DNA from: an uncultured virus (IMG/VR IMGVR_UViG_3300042887_002087)
Lineage: Duplodnaviria; Heunggongvirae; Uroviricota; Caudoviricetes
Virus record (IMG/VR): IMGVR_UViG_3300042887_002087
Coordinates: 1-64,000 of that record
DNA: 64,000 bases
Reading direction: 5' to 3' (one strand)
Part shown: positions 51,849 to 60,622 of the stretch, piece by piece
Layout: each line of letters opens with the position of its first letter
Position numbering within the stretch: position 1 is the first letter of the stretch
Notes under the pieces: model-generated
What the model saw: the letters and a program-made list of their open reading frames with translations, nothing else
Told to the model about the DNA's origin: nothing
Databases searched by the model: none
Position numbers and translations under genes: made by a program

Positions 51849-53729
51849 TTATTTTTTATTGTGTAACATAATATAAGGAGTTCCTTTAACATTAACCGCT
51901 GGTTCCATGTTAAATCCTTTATTTGTAACTTCTATTTGTGATTTTATAACAAATTCATTTGTTCTAGGATTTGATCTTTCGTAATAATCTTTTTTCTCTT
52001 TATCATAAGCCTCAAGACGATTTCTTCCAGTTTCATCTCCTGTGAGATATTTTCTTAAATTCTCTGCTTGTTTGTTCATCGCATTCTCTAAAACTGAACT
52101 ATAACCTCCTATAGTTTTGGCAAACTTATCTATTTCATTACCGAAACTTGTCGGTATACCTTTTAATATTTTATCTGAAAAGTCTGTTGCATATTTTAAA
52201 TTATCTTGTGCTATTTTTTCTATAGAAATAGTTCCTTTATATCTTTCGTCATTATTCAGACCTTCATTTCTTCCAAATGAACTATCTTTTACGTTCTTAA
52301 CACTTTTTAGACCTGCACCTTGCATCACATTTAATATCTGTTTAACTGTAGAAAATTGTTCTTTGGCAATTTGCTCAGGGCTCATATTCTCGAACGCCTT
52401 CCTATTTTCTTTTAACACATCTATTTGTGCTTGTGTTAATGAATCTAATGTAACTTCTGTTTGTTTACCAAATTTATCCGATAAACTTTCAGGTATGGTA
52501 ATTGACATTTTACCATCCTTCATTTGTGACATATTTGTAAGAAACTCTCTATCCTTACTATTCATATCAAACCCTTTAGCTAATAAAACGTTATTAGCTA
52601 GTATTCTTTCTTGAGCAGCAATTGCTGTTTTATTTAAATCACCGGTTGACATACCTAATTTATCGGCCATCTCTTTTGCTCTTCTTAAATTTGCACCCGT
52701 AACTTCAAATTTTCCTTGCTCCTTATTGTATGTCGCTAAACCACCCGCAGCACCAATTAACGCATCTTGTAAACCTTCAACGTTATTTGTTGCCATATAC
52801 ATTAACTTAAGTGGATCATTAAAATCACCAATTGCACCACCTAATACTTGTAAATTTGCAGTTAATTCAATTGCACTATCAGGACTCATAACTTTATCCG
52901 CAATCTTAAATACGTCATTCATATTCGTTCTAAATTCAAGAGATTTTTGTATCATTCTATTTAATCCTTGAACACCAGCCGAAAACCCATATTCGTTTAA
53001 TTTACCTAAATCTTTTTGCAACATTTCTGTTGTTTTCTTTGCATTTAAACCTAAAGAAATTGACGATCTACCTGCCGTATCAATTTTTAATAAAGTATCG
53101 GCAGCACCAAATCCCACTTTTTCAAATTCACTCATTGTCTCCGACATATCTCTTAAAGAACTACCAAACGCCCTAGTTGTCACTAAAGAGTTTTCCATTG
53201 TTTTTTGAGATAATAAGTTAAATCTACCGGATTTTTCACCCAACCCCGTAACTAATTCCCCCAAATTTTCCATATCAAACCCTAAGGTTGCTGCCATAGG
53301 AACGGTCTCTAATATGACATCTCTATATGCTCTCGATAGTTCTCCTGTAATACCTATTTTTTCATTAATAGTTGTATGTAATTGAGACTCTCTTTCTAAT
53401 TGTTTGAATATTTCCTTTTCAAGTGTTAATAATGTTGTTGCAGGATTTAATAATCCCTTCATGTCAACTTTAAATTCACTACCCATTTCTGATTTTGATG
53501 AAACACTTTTTGCCATTGCATCACCGACATCTATTGGGTTTGTTAAACTTCTATATGCATTTTGTGTAGTTGATGTAGTATTTGATTGTATTGATCTTCC
53601 GTATCTAGATTGTCTACCGATCCAACTCTGTGTTGCAGGATCATTTCCACCATCATTCATATAAGCACCAACAGCAGAATTTTTATCTGCATAATTGTTT
53701 ACGTAATATTCTTTATCTCTTACCGCCAT
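51849..53729 (-). CDS. Tape measure protein (probable)
   Basis: Helical Ala/Gly/Met-rich ORF directly after the tube and chaperone genes. Confidence 0.7.
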   Translation of the reverse strand: MAVRDKEYYVNNYADKNSAVGAYMNDGGNDPATQSWIGRQSRYGRSIQSNTTSTTQNAYRSLTNPIDVGDAMAKSVSSKSEMGSEFKVDMKGLLNPATTLLTLEKEIFKQLERESQLHTTINEKIGITGELSRAYRDVILETVPMAATLGFDMENLGELVTGLGEKSGRFNLLSQKTMENSLVTTRAFGSSLRDMSETMSEFEKVGFGAADTLLKIDTAGRSSISLGLNAKKTTEMLQKDLGKLNEYGFSAGVQGLNRMIQKSLEFRTNMNDVFKIADKVMSPDSAIELTANLQVLGGAIGDFNDPLKLMYMATNNVEGLQDALIGAAGGLATYNKEQGKFEVTGANLRRAKEMADKLGMSTGDLNKTAIAAQERILANNVLLAKGFDMNSKDREFLTNMSQMKDGKMSITIPESLSDKFGKQTEVTLDSLTQAQIDVLKENRKAFENMSPEQIAKEQFSTVKQILNVMQGAGLKSVKNVKDSSFGRNEGLNNDERYKGTISIEKIAQDNLKYATDFSDKILKGIPTSFGNEIDKFAKTIGGYSSVLENAMNKQAENLRKYLTGDETGRNRLEAYDKEKKDYYERSNPRTNEFVIKSQIEVTNKGFNMEPAVNVKGTPYIMLHNKK

Positions 53730-53740
53730 ACCTATAAATA

Positions 53741-53884
53741 CTATTGAGTATTATTTTCCAACTCAATTATGTAATTTACATAATATCTACGTAAGTGAAC
53801 CGGCATTGTTAATAAATCGCCGTAAGAAAACCCTTTTTTAATTAAAAATAAAATTTCGTCTAACTGTCCTTTCTTATATTCCAT
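53741..53884 (-). CDS. Small tail assembly chaperone (T4 gp51-like, 47 aa)
   Basis: Hand-translated: MEYKKGQLDEILFLIKKGFSYGDLLTMPVHLRRYYVNYIIELENNTQ; overlaps the upstream gene. Confidence 0.8.
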   Translation of the reverse strand: MEYKKGQLDEILFLIKKGFSYGDLLTMPVHLRRYYVNYIIELENNTQ

Positions 53885-54623
53885 AGAAAGGGCGAAAAAA
53901 CTCTACCCCAAATCCAATTCTAACTTGGACATCTTCTCCTGATGGGGTTCTTACTGTTTGGGTTAAATCTAACCCGGGTTTATTATCTTTTACAAATTTC
54001 CTAAAATCTTGTGAATCTTTAATTGGCATGGTTTCAATAAAACCTCTAATTTTTAACGCATCTCTCACTCCACCAACAGATTTAATCATCATCTCAAGTT
54101 GTTTGGTTATAACAGGTGCAACACCATTACCATTCCAACTCTCTTTAATTTTTTCAATTTCATCTTCTTGTTTTTGTGTTAAAAACTTGAACGTGATTTC
54201 TGTTTTACTTTTTTCTAAATAATGACCGTATTCTCCGTTTGTATCTTCTACTAAATTAAAATCTTTTATTTTTAATGAACCTAAATCTACCTCAACGGTA
54301 AATTCATTTCCAGTTTTATCGTCAGTAATTGTTAAATTATAATCAGAACCAAATGCCGTATTTCTTAAAAATATTAAAATTGCTTGTCTATCTTCCTCAA
54401 CAATTTCTTCTATGTTTAAATCTTTATCTAAAATTTTTCTTTTTAAAAGTTCAGTAATAACGGTATTTGTATTTAAAAAACTTGGGGATGATAAAATGTT
54501 CTCATCTGAAGCCGTTAAATAAGCCACTCTTACCGATTTTTTCTTATTCGTATAATGAATACCTTTACTTGGTAATTCTATTACATCATAGGCGATCGCC
54601 GGGTCAATTCTAGTTTCTTCCAT
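53874..54623 (-). CDS. Tail/baseplate hub assembly chaperone (T4 gp26-like)
   Basis: IELPSKG, YLTASDENIL, DRQAILIFLR..AFG, C-terminal EFF. Confidence 0.8.
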   Translation of the reverse strand: MEETRIDPAIAYDVIELPSKGIHYTNKKKSVRVAYLTASDENILSSPSFLNTNTVITELLKRKILDKDLNIEEIVEEDRQAILIFLRNTAFGSDYNLTITDDKTGNEFTVEVDLGSLKIKDFNLVEDTNGEYGHYLEKSKTEITFKFLTQKQEDEIEKIKESWNGNGVAPVITKQLEMMIKSVGGVRDALKIRGFIETMPIKDSQDFRKFVKDNKPGLDLTQTVRTPSGEDVQVRIGFGVEFFRPFYGI

Positions 54624-54672
54624 AATACTATAATTTACTTAATAACTACTTCAAAGTAAAGTTTTTAAAAAA

Positions 54673-54706
54673 GAAAAACCGATAATCTTTTGAACTATCG
54701 GTTTTC
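54673..54706 (-). terminator. Intrinsic terminator after the tube gene
   Basis: AAAACCGATA ... TATCGGTTTT. Confidence 0.75.
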
Positions 54707-54726
54707 GTATATGAAAATCTGTAATA

Positions 54727-55215
54727 TTAGTATATTAAAATACATCTATCCATTCTCAAAGAACATGTAATATTAGCTAATTCATCTCTGTTATAGTCTA
54801 ATTCACCAAAGTTCAAGTCAGTTAAAAAACAGTTTTCTAATAACCATTTTTCAACTACTACTCCTGTTGGGTCTAACATCTCCAATTCAATATCCTTTTT
54901 ATAACCTGCAGCATAACCCATACGACCTGTTACAGATTCAGCATGTAAACGGAACCATTCCATTAAAGCTTGAGAAGCTGAAGGTCCAATTGGATCTCTA
55001 AAAGTCATTTTAATTTCATTCCACTCAAATCTACCTGCAACATATGTTGATGTGTTCAGGAAAGGAATTGCAACTGAATTGATTTTAGCACTTGGTCTTG
55101 ACGCGGCAGATACATACCATTCGTTTATACCCAAAGATGAGTTGAATCTTACGATAAATCGGTTGACCCTTTTCGGTTCGTAAGGTGTCGGCATTTTCAT
55201 TAATAAATCGGCCAT
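54727..55215 (-). CDS. Tail tube protein (T4 gp19-like)
   Basis: EPKRVNRF, YVAGRFEW, YKKDI...LDPTG...W, FGELDY. Confidence 0.92.
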   Translation of the reverse strand: MADLLMKMPTPYEPKRVNRFIVRFNSSLGINEWYVSAASRPSAKINSVAIPFLNTSTYVAGRFEWNEIKMTFRDPIGPSASQALMEWFRLHAESVTGRMGYAAGYKKDIELEMLDPTGVVVEKWLLENCFLTDLNFGELDYNRDELANITCSLRMDRCILIY

Positions 55216-55347
55216 ATTGTGTGTTTGTTAAGTTTTGTTAGTTATTTACTTTCTAATAAATATATCCAAAAGGAAAATAATTTTATTTTGAATTAATTAT
55301 CTCAAAAAGGTTGTTTATGTCAATTATTTTTCGTAGTTTTTTACAGG

Positions 55348-55436
55348 CCCCAGTATCTAGTTCCAGTTTAATACTCTACTTTAATAAATAATATATCATT
55401 AATAAATACTAGTGTATCTAGTTCCAGTATTCTGGG
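55348..55436. repeat. Intergenic direct repeats
   Basis: GTATCTAGTTCCAGT at 55353-55367 and 55414-55428; TTAATAAATA at 55381-55390 and 55399-55408. Confidence 0.85.
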
Positions 55437-55466
55437 TAAAGTATAATTATTTTTTTGTTATACATA

Positions 55467-55482
55467 TGTTCCACGTGGAGCA
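55467..55482. promoter_or_regulatory. parS-like palindrome TGTTCCACGTGGAGCA
   Basis: 15/16 match to the palindrome TGTTCCACGTGGAACA. Confidence 0.6.
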
Positions 55483-55484
55483 TT

Positions 55485-55512
55485 AAAAAAGGGCACCATT
55501 TCTGATACCCTT
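55485..55512 (-). terminator. Intrinsic terminator after the sheath gene
   Basis: Minus strand GGGTATCA-GAAA-TGGTGCCC-TTTTTT. Confidence 0.8.
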
Positions 55513-55536
55513 CTTATTTTTATATCTCCTTTTAGA

Positions 55537-58521
55537 TTAGATATTTTCAAATGAAGCTCCTGTTGGTGTAATAATGAATTCCACATCGATATATTCAAGA
55601 GAACGAGTTGGTTTAATGTAAATCTTACCTCTCATTGTGTTTGCGTCGATATCCTCAGGATCGTTAGAAACTGTTACACGGAAGTCATACAAACCTCTTT
55701 CTTTCTTAATTGCGTCCAAGATAGGGTTTACCAATCTTAAGAATTCATTTCTTACTTGGTCATCGTTTTGTTCAAACAATAATCTTACAGAAACTGCAGA
55801 AATTAACTTTCTTGCTCTTAATAACAATCTTCTTACGTTGATTCTATCTAAAGCGGATTCTCTAACTTGTAACGTTTTGTTACCCCAAATAATAGTACCT
55901 GTATCAGAGAATGTAGCGATTGGGTTAATTCTGTTCTTATATAATACGTCTCTATCATCTAAAGTCAATTTTTTAGTTGCTTTGATCGCATTTACTAAAC
56001 CTCTACTATAACCCGCAACCGCGAACCAAGGATAAGACACGTTGTCAGTTAAGGCAATGTTCTTTACAACCTCACCTGTTGGTGGGATATATAATTGAGT
56101 TGCATTATCTGTATCTCTTACTTGAATCCAAGGCCAATATGTTGCAGAATAGTTAGAATCTATACCCGCGTCATCTAAAGCAGATACAATAGAATCTGTT
56201 GCAGTTGCCCCTGTGATATTTGGTGAGTTCATAATATATAATGAATCAGCTCTTTCAGTTTCAATCATATCAATCGCTTGATTAACTAATGAACTATGAT
56301 CTTGGAAGTTAATACCAGGTGTTGCAAATACGTTAATATCTACAGCTTCAGGATTTGAATACGTCTCAATACCTTGTAAGTAAGCGTAATAGTCAGAATT
56401 ACCTACTGAATCACTAAACACTCCTCCGGGGGTTGTATGTCCTAACTTATAGATAGATTTACCAAAAATATAACGATCGTCGTTAGTTCTTATTGATCTA
56501 TATATATCCCAACCATCCCTACCTCCATAAACTGCAAAAGTGAATTTACGGAAATTAATATTAGTTAATTTATTATTACCATTATTATTAAGCTCATCTT
56601 GACCTTCTAAATCATATGGTGTTGTTTGGAAAGTTGTTGTTCCAGTAATTGTGGAGGCGTTTACAGACAAATGGAAACCAAATGTTTCTGTTGTTGCCAT
56701 CTCACCTTTATATTTTAATAAATCTCTATCGAATCCAACAGCGTCAGATAAACCTAACATAACTTTTCTTACCTTATCTCCACCTTCAATATTAGGTGAA
56801 CCATTCACATCGTAAGTTTCAACATCACCCGCATCGTTATATTTTGTTTTGAATATTACATTACCTAATCCCATATTAATTCCTGATACAGTACCAAAGT
56901 TTTTGTTGTTTGCAAAACCTCTAAAACCAGCAGGAATAGCATCTACAGGTGCTCCGTCCGCCATAACCAACATAATTCTTTTAGAAACTAACGCGTATTC
57001 ACCATCAGATGTACCGATTTTCTTACCTATATAACCTGGAGTATCTGGATTCATAGAACATCTTGAATATTTTTCAAGAGCTACTTGATTCTCATCAGTA
57101 TCGTTAAAATCACGAACCACTAAATCAAACTCCATAGTTTCTAAATTAATATTTTGAATATTGATTTTTACTTCAAAGTTAGCAGCCTCTCCGTCGGAGA
57201 TTGTAATAACTTGAAATAAATCAGCAACATTACCACCACGAACTTCAGAAACAACCATCGGTGAAATTGTTGTATCCCATGGTTTTAAGTAATTATATGA
57301 ATTAGAATCTTCTTCTGATTCATATGAAACGTCCATAGAAATACCTCTTACTAATCCTCTTTCAAAGGCGGTTCCTAAATAATTAGGATATGATTCATGT
57401 ACATATACCGGATAGTCACCTTTATCTTTATCAAATACATCAGTTCCTAAAACTTTAGAAATATATTTTGATGATGATCGATTTAATGAACAAACAAATT
57501 GTTTAACTCCACTTGTCGTACCTGTTACGTTGATTGAAAACTCACCCATTGGGTTTGTATTCATATCAGATCCCGTAACACCTGATAATATGAATTTATT
57601 ATCATCCTTAACTTCATGTATTAATGTTTGTCCGCTATATATACCTCTTGATCTTATTGCTGCAACCACTACATTATGGTATTCATCGGCTAAAAGTGCT
57701 TCCCAATCAAATTGAGTAATTGACCATTTGTTAGTTGAATTTGTAAATGTGAATAAATAAGAATAAATACCATTTACACCGTCACCGTCTGGAGGAGTGA
57801 CCAAACCATCAGATTGGTGATGCATTGTATTCCACCATTCTTTTGTATTATTACTATTACTATATTTTTCTCCAGATAATGGAGATACTAATTCTGTACC
57901 ATTTCCAACAATTGCACTATCTTCTGTTCCTTCCGTATTTCTTCCTATCCAAAAATATTCATTAGTTGATCCGGTAGTTGAACCTTCATAATCACCGTAA
58001 TTATCTTTTAAATATGTTACAATATCAGTACCATCAACAGATGTTACACCTGACAAATGAGCAATAATTTCATTTAATGAATTTATTGAAGATCCGGTTT
58101 CTGTTGTTGTAATTCCTGTTGTTGTAATTGTTACACTACCAACTTCATTAGTTACGCCAGAATACCCTTCTAAAATTACACCACCTACGGTTTTAATACC
58201 GAATGTTTTATATGGTCTATAACCTGTAAGACCCAATACTCTCGTTACGAATAATTGATTAGATTCTTGTAAATATGATTTTGCAACATATCCTAATTCA
58301 TATTTTGGATTACCGTCACTGAACTTTTCAGGTGAAGTAGATCCAAAATACAATTTGAATTCGTCAAAATTTGAAATTAAAATAGGTTCGAAAGCTGGAC
58401 CTTTTAAAGTCTCACCAGCTAAACCTAATGTTGTAACACCTACACTCTGTGCTACAAATGTTAAATCGAGCTCGGATGTATAGACACCTGGAGACACGAA
58501 AACTCTGTTATTACTTGCCAT
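55537..58521 (-). CDS. Tail sheath protein (T4 gp18-like)
   Basis: FVSPGVYTSE, KGPAFEP, YWPW, PWFAVAG..RG, INPI, WGNKTLQ...RINVRRL. Confidence 0.95.
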   Translation of the reverse strand: MASNNRVFVSPGVYTSELDLTFVAQSVGVTTLGLAGETLKGPAFEPILISNFDEFKLYFGSTSPEKFSDGNPKYELGYVAKSYLQESNQLFVTRVLGLTGYRPYKTFGIKTVGGVILEGYSGVTNEVGSVTITTTGITTTETGSSINSLNEIIAHLSGVTSVDGTDIVTYLKDNYGDYEGSTTGSTNEYFWIGRNTEGTEDSAIVGNGTELVSPLSGEKYSNSNNTKEWWNTMHHQSDGLVTPPDGDGVNGIYSYLFTFTNSTNKWSITQFDWEALLADEYHNVVVAAIRSRGIYSGQTLIHEVKDDNKFILSGVTGSDMNTNPMGEFSINVTGTTSGVKQFVCSLNRSSSKYISKVLGTDVFDKDKGDYPVYVHESYPNYLGTAFERGLVRGISMDVSYESEEDSNSYNYLKPWDTTISPMVVSEVRGGNVADLFQVITISDGEAANFEVKINIQNINLETMEFDLVVRDFNDTDENQVALEKYSRCSMNPDTPGYIGKKIGTSDGEYALVSKRIMLVMADGAPVDAIPAGFRGFANNKNFGTVSGINMGLGNVIFKTKYNDAGDVETYDVNGSPNIEGGDKVRKVMLGLSDAVGFDRDLLKYKGEMATTETFGFHLSVNASTITGTTTFQTTPYDLEGQDELNNNGNNKLTNINFRKFTFAVYGGRDGWDIYRSIRTNDDRYIFGKSIYKLGHTTPGGVFSDSVGNSDYYAYLQGIETYSNPEAVDINVFATPGINFQDHSSLVNQAIDMIETERADSLYIMNSPNITGATATDSIVSALDDAGIDSNYSATYWPWIQVRDTDNATQLYIPPTGEVVKNIALTDNVSYPWFAVAGYSRGLVNAIKATKKLTLDDRDVLYKNRINPIATFSDTGTIIWGNKTLQVRESALDRINVRRLLLRARKLISAVSVRLLFEQNDDQVRNEFLRLVNPILDAIKKERGLYDFRVTVSNDPEDIDANTMRGKIYIKPTRSLEYIDVEFIITPTGASFENI

Positions 58522-58636
58522 TGATTTTTGTTTGGTTAATTAATTTTATTACTTATCTTATAAATATCTTTGTTTTTATCAAAGATTTCCCAACTTTTCT
58601 TAAAAAGATAGTTATTTATCTTTTAATATCTTTTAT

Positions 58637-58795
58637 ATGGAAAACACTCAAAAAAACGTTAAAATAAGTGGGAAACACCACGAAATGTTAAAAAATTACT
58701 GTGATAAAAATGGTTTAAAAATCTATAAAGTTTTAGAAAAACACATAGAAGAACTTTGTAAACCTAAAAAGAAGGACATATACGGGGATGATTAA
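58637..58795 (+). CDS. Small ribbon-helix-helix-like DNA-binding protein (52 aa)
   Basis: Hand-translated: MENTQKNVKISGKHHEMLKNYCDKNGLKIYKVLEKHIEELCKPKKKDIYGDD. Confidence 0.7.
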   Translation: MENTQKNVKISGKHHEMLKNYCDKNGLKIYKVLEKHIEELCKPKKKDIYGDD

Positions 58796-60054
58796 TAAAG
58801 ATAAACAAAATCTAAAGTGGCACCGAATACAGGAGCACTTGTTAGTGTTATTTGTTTTTGTCCTGTTATTTCATATCCCTCATCACTAAATTCAATAAGT
58901 CCATTTGTGGTAACACTAATAACACTATTAATCTTTTCTTGTAGATCAAAAACTAAGTTGACTCCATTGAAATTAAAACTTTCACGACCAACCTGTAATT
59001 CATTACCGTTTTGGTCATACATTTTGTTATTTCTACCTTTATAGTAACTTACAACAATTACATCACCTTGTAATGGGGTTCCGCTAAAATTTATGTTTGA
59101 TAATCCCCCAAAATGAGAATGTGAATAATGTACGTCTTTTTCCTGTACAATTCCATTAATTGATACGTTAAATAAAACTGTTATATTCTCACCTACACTA
59201 TATATTGTACTAGTACCATTTGATATTAATGTGGCTAACGTTATATCAATTGTTTTAGATATATATTTTTTAGTTAAACTACCTCCACCTTTCATCGATT
59301 CATTTACGATAAAAGCTCGACTAATAGCTGGTTTAACCTCGAATTCATCACTATCAATTAAAAACCCTAACATAGTACATTTATATGTTTGCATATAAAA
59401 TCTACGACCATCAATTGTTTCCATAGGTGTATTGTCTTCTATTGTGTCTAAAACAATTGGAATATAATGACCTTTAACTTGAGTGTAATCTTGTCTAGAT
59501 GAAAAATTTTGTAAAACTAATTTATTAAATTTATTTAAATCTCTAAACTTATTACAAACAATAGTAATATCATATGTAATATCACATGGAATCGGTTGTG
59601 GTATTTTATAAATGTCCGCTCCCATAGAATTACCATTCCAAGTTGGAACTGTTGCATAATGAAACTGATGTCTATCAGGAATAGTTCTTTGTATTGACGG
59701 GTTTGTACCAAACTGTACGTCAGGTTTTCTAATGATTGTAATAAATGGTAATTTTACATTACCGTCAGAATCTGAAAATTCCCAATTGTTTGAAAATTCA
59801 CCCCATCTTTGAATTGTTAATATTTTATCAATAACAGGTATTTGTACACCATCAGAAACAACTTTAAATGTATTTTTTACATAATCCAACATACCCCTAT
59901 CCAAATCATCATGTAAAATAGAGTCAGGTAAAAAAGAATCGGATTTTGTAATCATATCCAATAACTCCTCTCTTCTTTTTAATATACCTTCACCTTGGTA
60001 AGTATCCTTACCACCGTAAACGTTGATCATGTTTTTTCTTTTAGGTATTCCCAT
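58792..60054 (-). CDS. Tail completion/terminator-like protein with C-terminal beta repeats; start moved to MGIPK
   Basis: LPFITIIR...PIPCDITY; two C-terminal V..NG..Q/E....Y...I.F...P..G repeats. Confidence 0.6.
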   Translation of the reverse strand: MGIPKRKNMINVYGGKDTYQGEGILKRREELLDMITKSDSFLPDSILHDDLDRGMLDYVKNTFKVVSDGVQIPVIDKILTIQRWGEFSNNWEFSDSDGNVKLPFITIIRKPDVQFGTNPSIQRTIPDRHQFHYATVPTWNGNSMGADIYKIPQPIPCDITYDITIVCNKFRDLNKFNKLVLQNFSSRQDYTQVKGHYIPIVLDTIEDNTPMETIDGRRFYMQTYKCTMLGFLIDSDEFEVKPAISRAFIVNESMKGGGSLTKKYISKTIDITLATLISNGTSTIYSVGENITVLFNVSINGIVQEKDVHYSHSHFGGLSNINFSGTPLQGDVIVVSYYKGRNNKMYDQNGNELQVGRESFNFNGVNLVFDLQEKINSVISVTTNGLIEFSDEGYEITGQKQITLTSAPVFGATLDFVYLY

Positions 60055-60055
60055 A

Positions 60056-60568
60056 TTAAACTCCTCTAAATTCACCTTCTTGTGTTGGAGCACAAACTAT
60101 ACTTCTATAGTGTGGTTTGTACCCAAACATTTTATGTTTATTATCCGATGTAATTCTACCGTCATTTGTAACGGTATAATATCTTAATCTTTCTTCTGAA
60201 TCCGCATAACCAATATAATCACCATATCTAATATCAACACCCAATTCATTAAGGTGTGTAATATAAACCGATAATATCATATTACCTGGCTCATTATATC
60301 TCATAAGACCTTTTGTGTATGATGAATTTTTTGGTTCATCAATTTTAACCAACGCATTAAACTCAACGGGAGGAAAAAACTTAATTTCATCCATTCCCGC
60401 CTCGGCGTATACGTCGTCATTGTCGGTCTTTTGTCTATCAACACGATATAAGACCAATTTCATATTTAAATCCCCGTGTAGATACTCCTGACCCATCTGA
60501 ATGTTAATATCAAAGTCATCTTGGGAGAAGAATTTACCTAAACGAGTAATTGGTAGTTTATTGTTCAT
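60056..60568 (-). CDS. Neck / head-closure protein (gp14-like)
   Basis: LYRVD...VYAE, HLNELGVDIRYGDYI; gene position. Confidence 0.6.
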   Translation of the reverse strand: MNNKLPITRLGKFFSQDDFDINIQMGQEYLHGDLNMKLVLYRVDRQKTDNDDVYAEAGMDEIKFFPPVEFNALVKIDEPKNSSYTKGLMRYNEPGNMILSVYITHLNELGVDIRYGDYIGYADSEERLRYYTVTNDGRITSDNKHKMFGYKPHYRSIVCAPTQEGEFRGV

Positions 60569-60622
60569 ATCCTAATAAATAGTTTAATCTTCCATTCTAT
60601 TTAGTTATATTATATATAATAG

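Noticed and set aside
55348..55436. Mini-CRISPR array
   Set aside because: Only two 15-bp repeats, too short, and the interval is itself repetitive
29733..58521. Bacterial contractile injection system or prophage
   Set aside because: Tail genes are interleaved with T4-like replication and neck genes; no host housekeeping context or integrase
1470..59044. Numerous short plus-strand ORFs in the track
   Set aside because: Antisense to well-supported minus-strand genes, with no recognisable motifs
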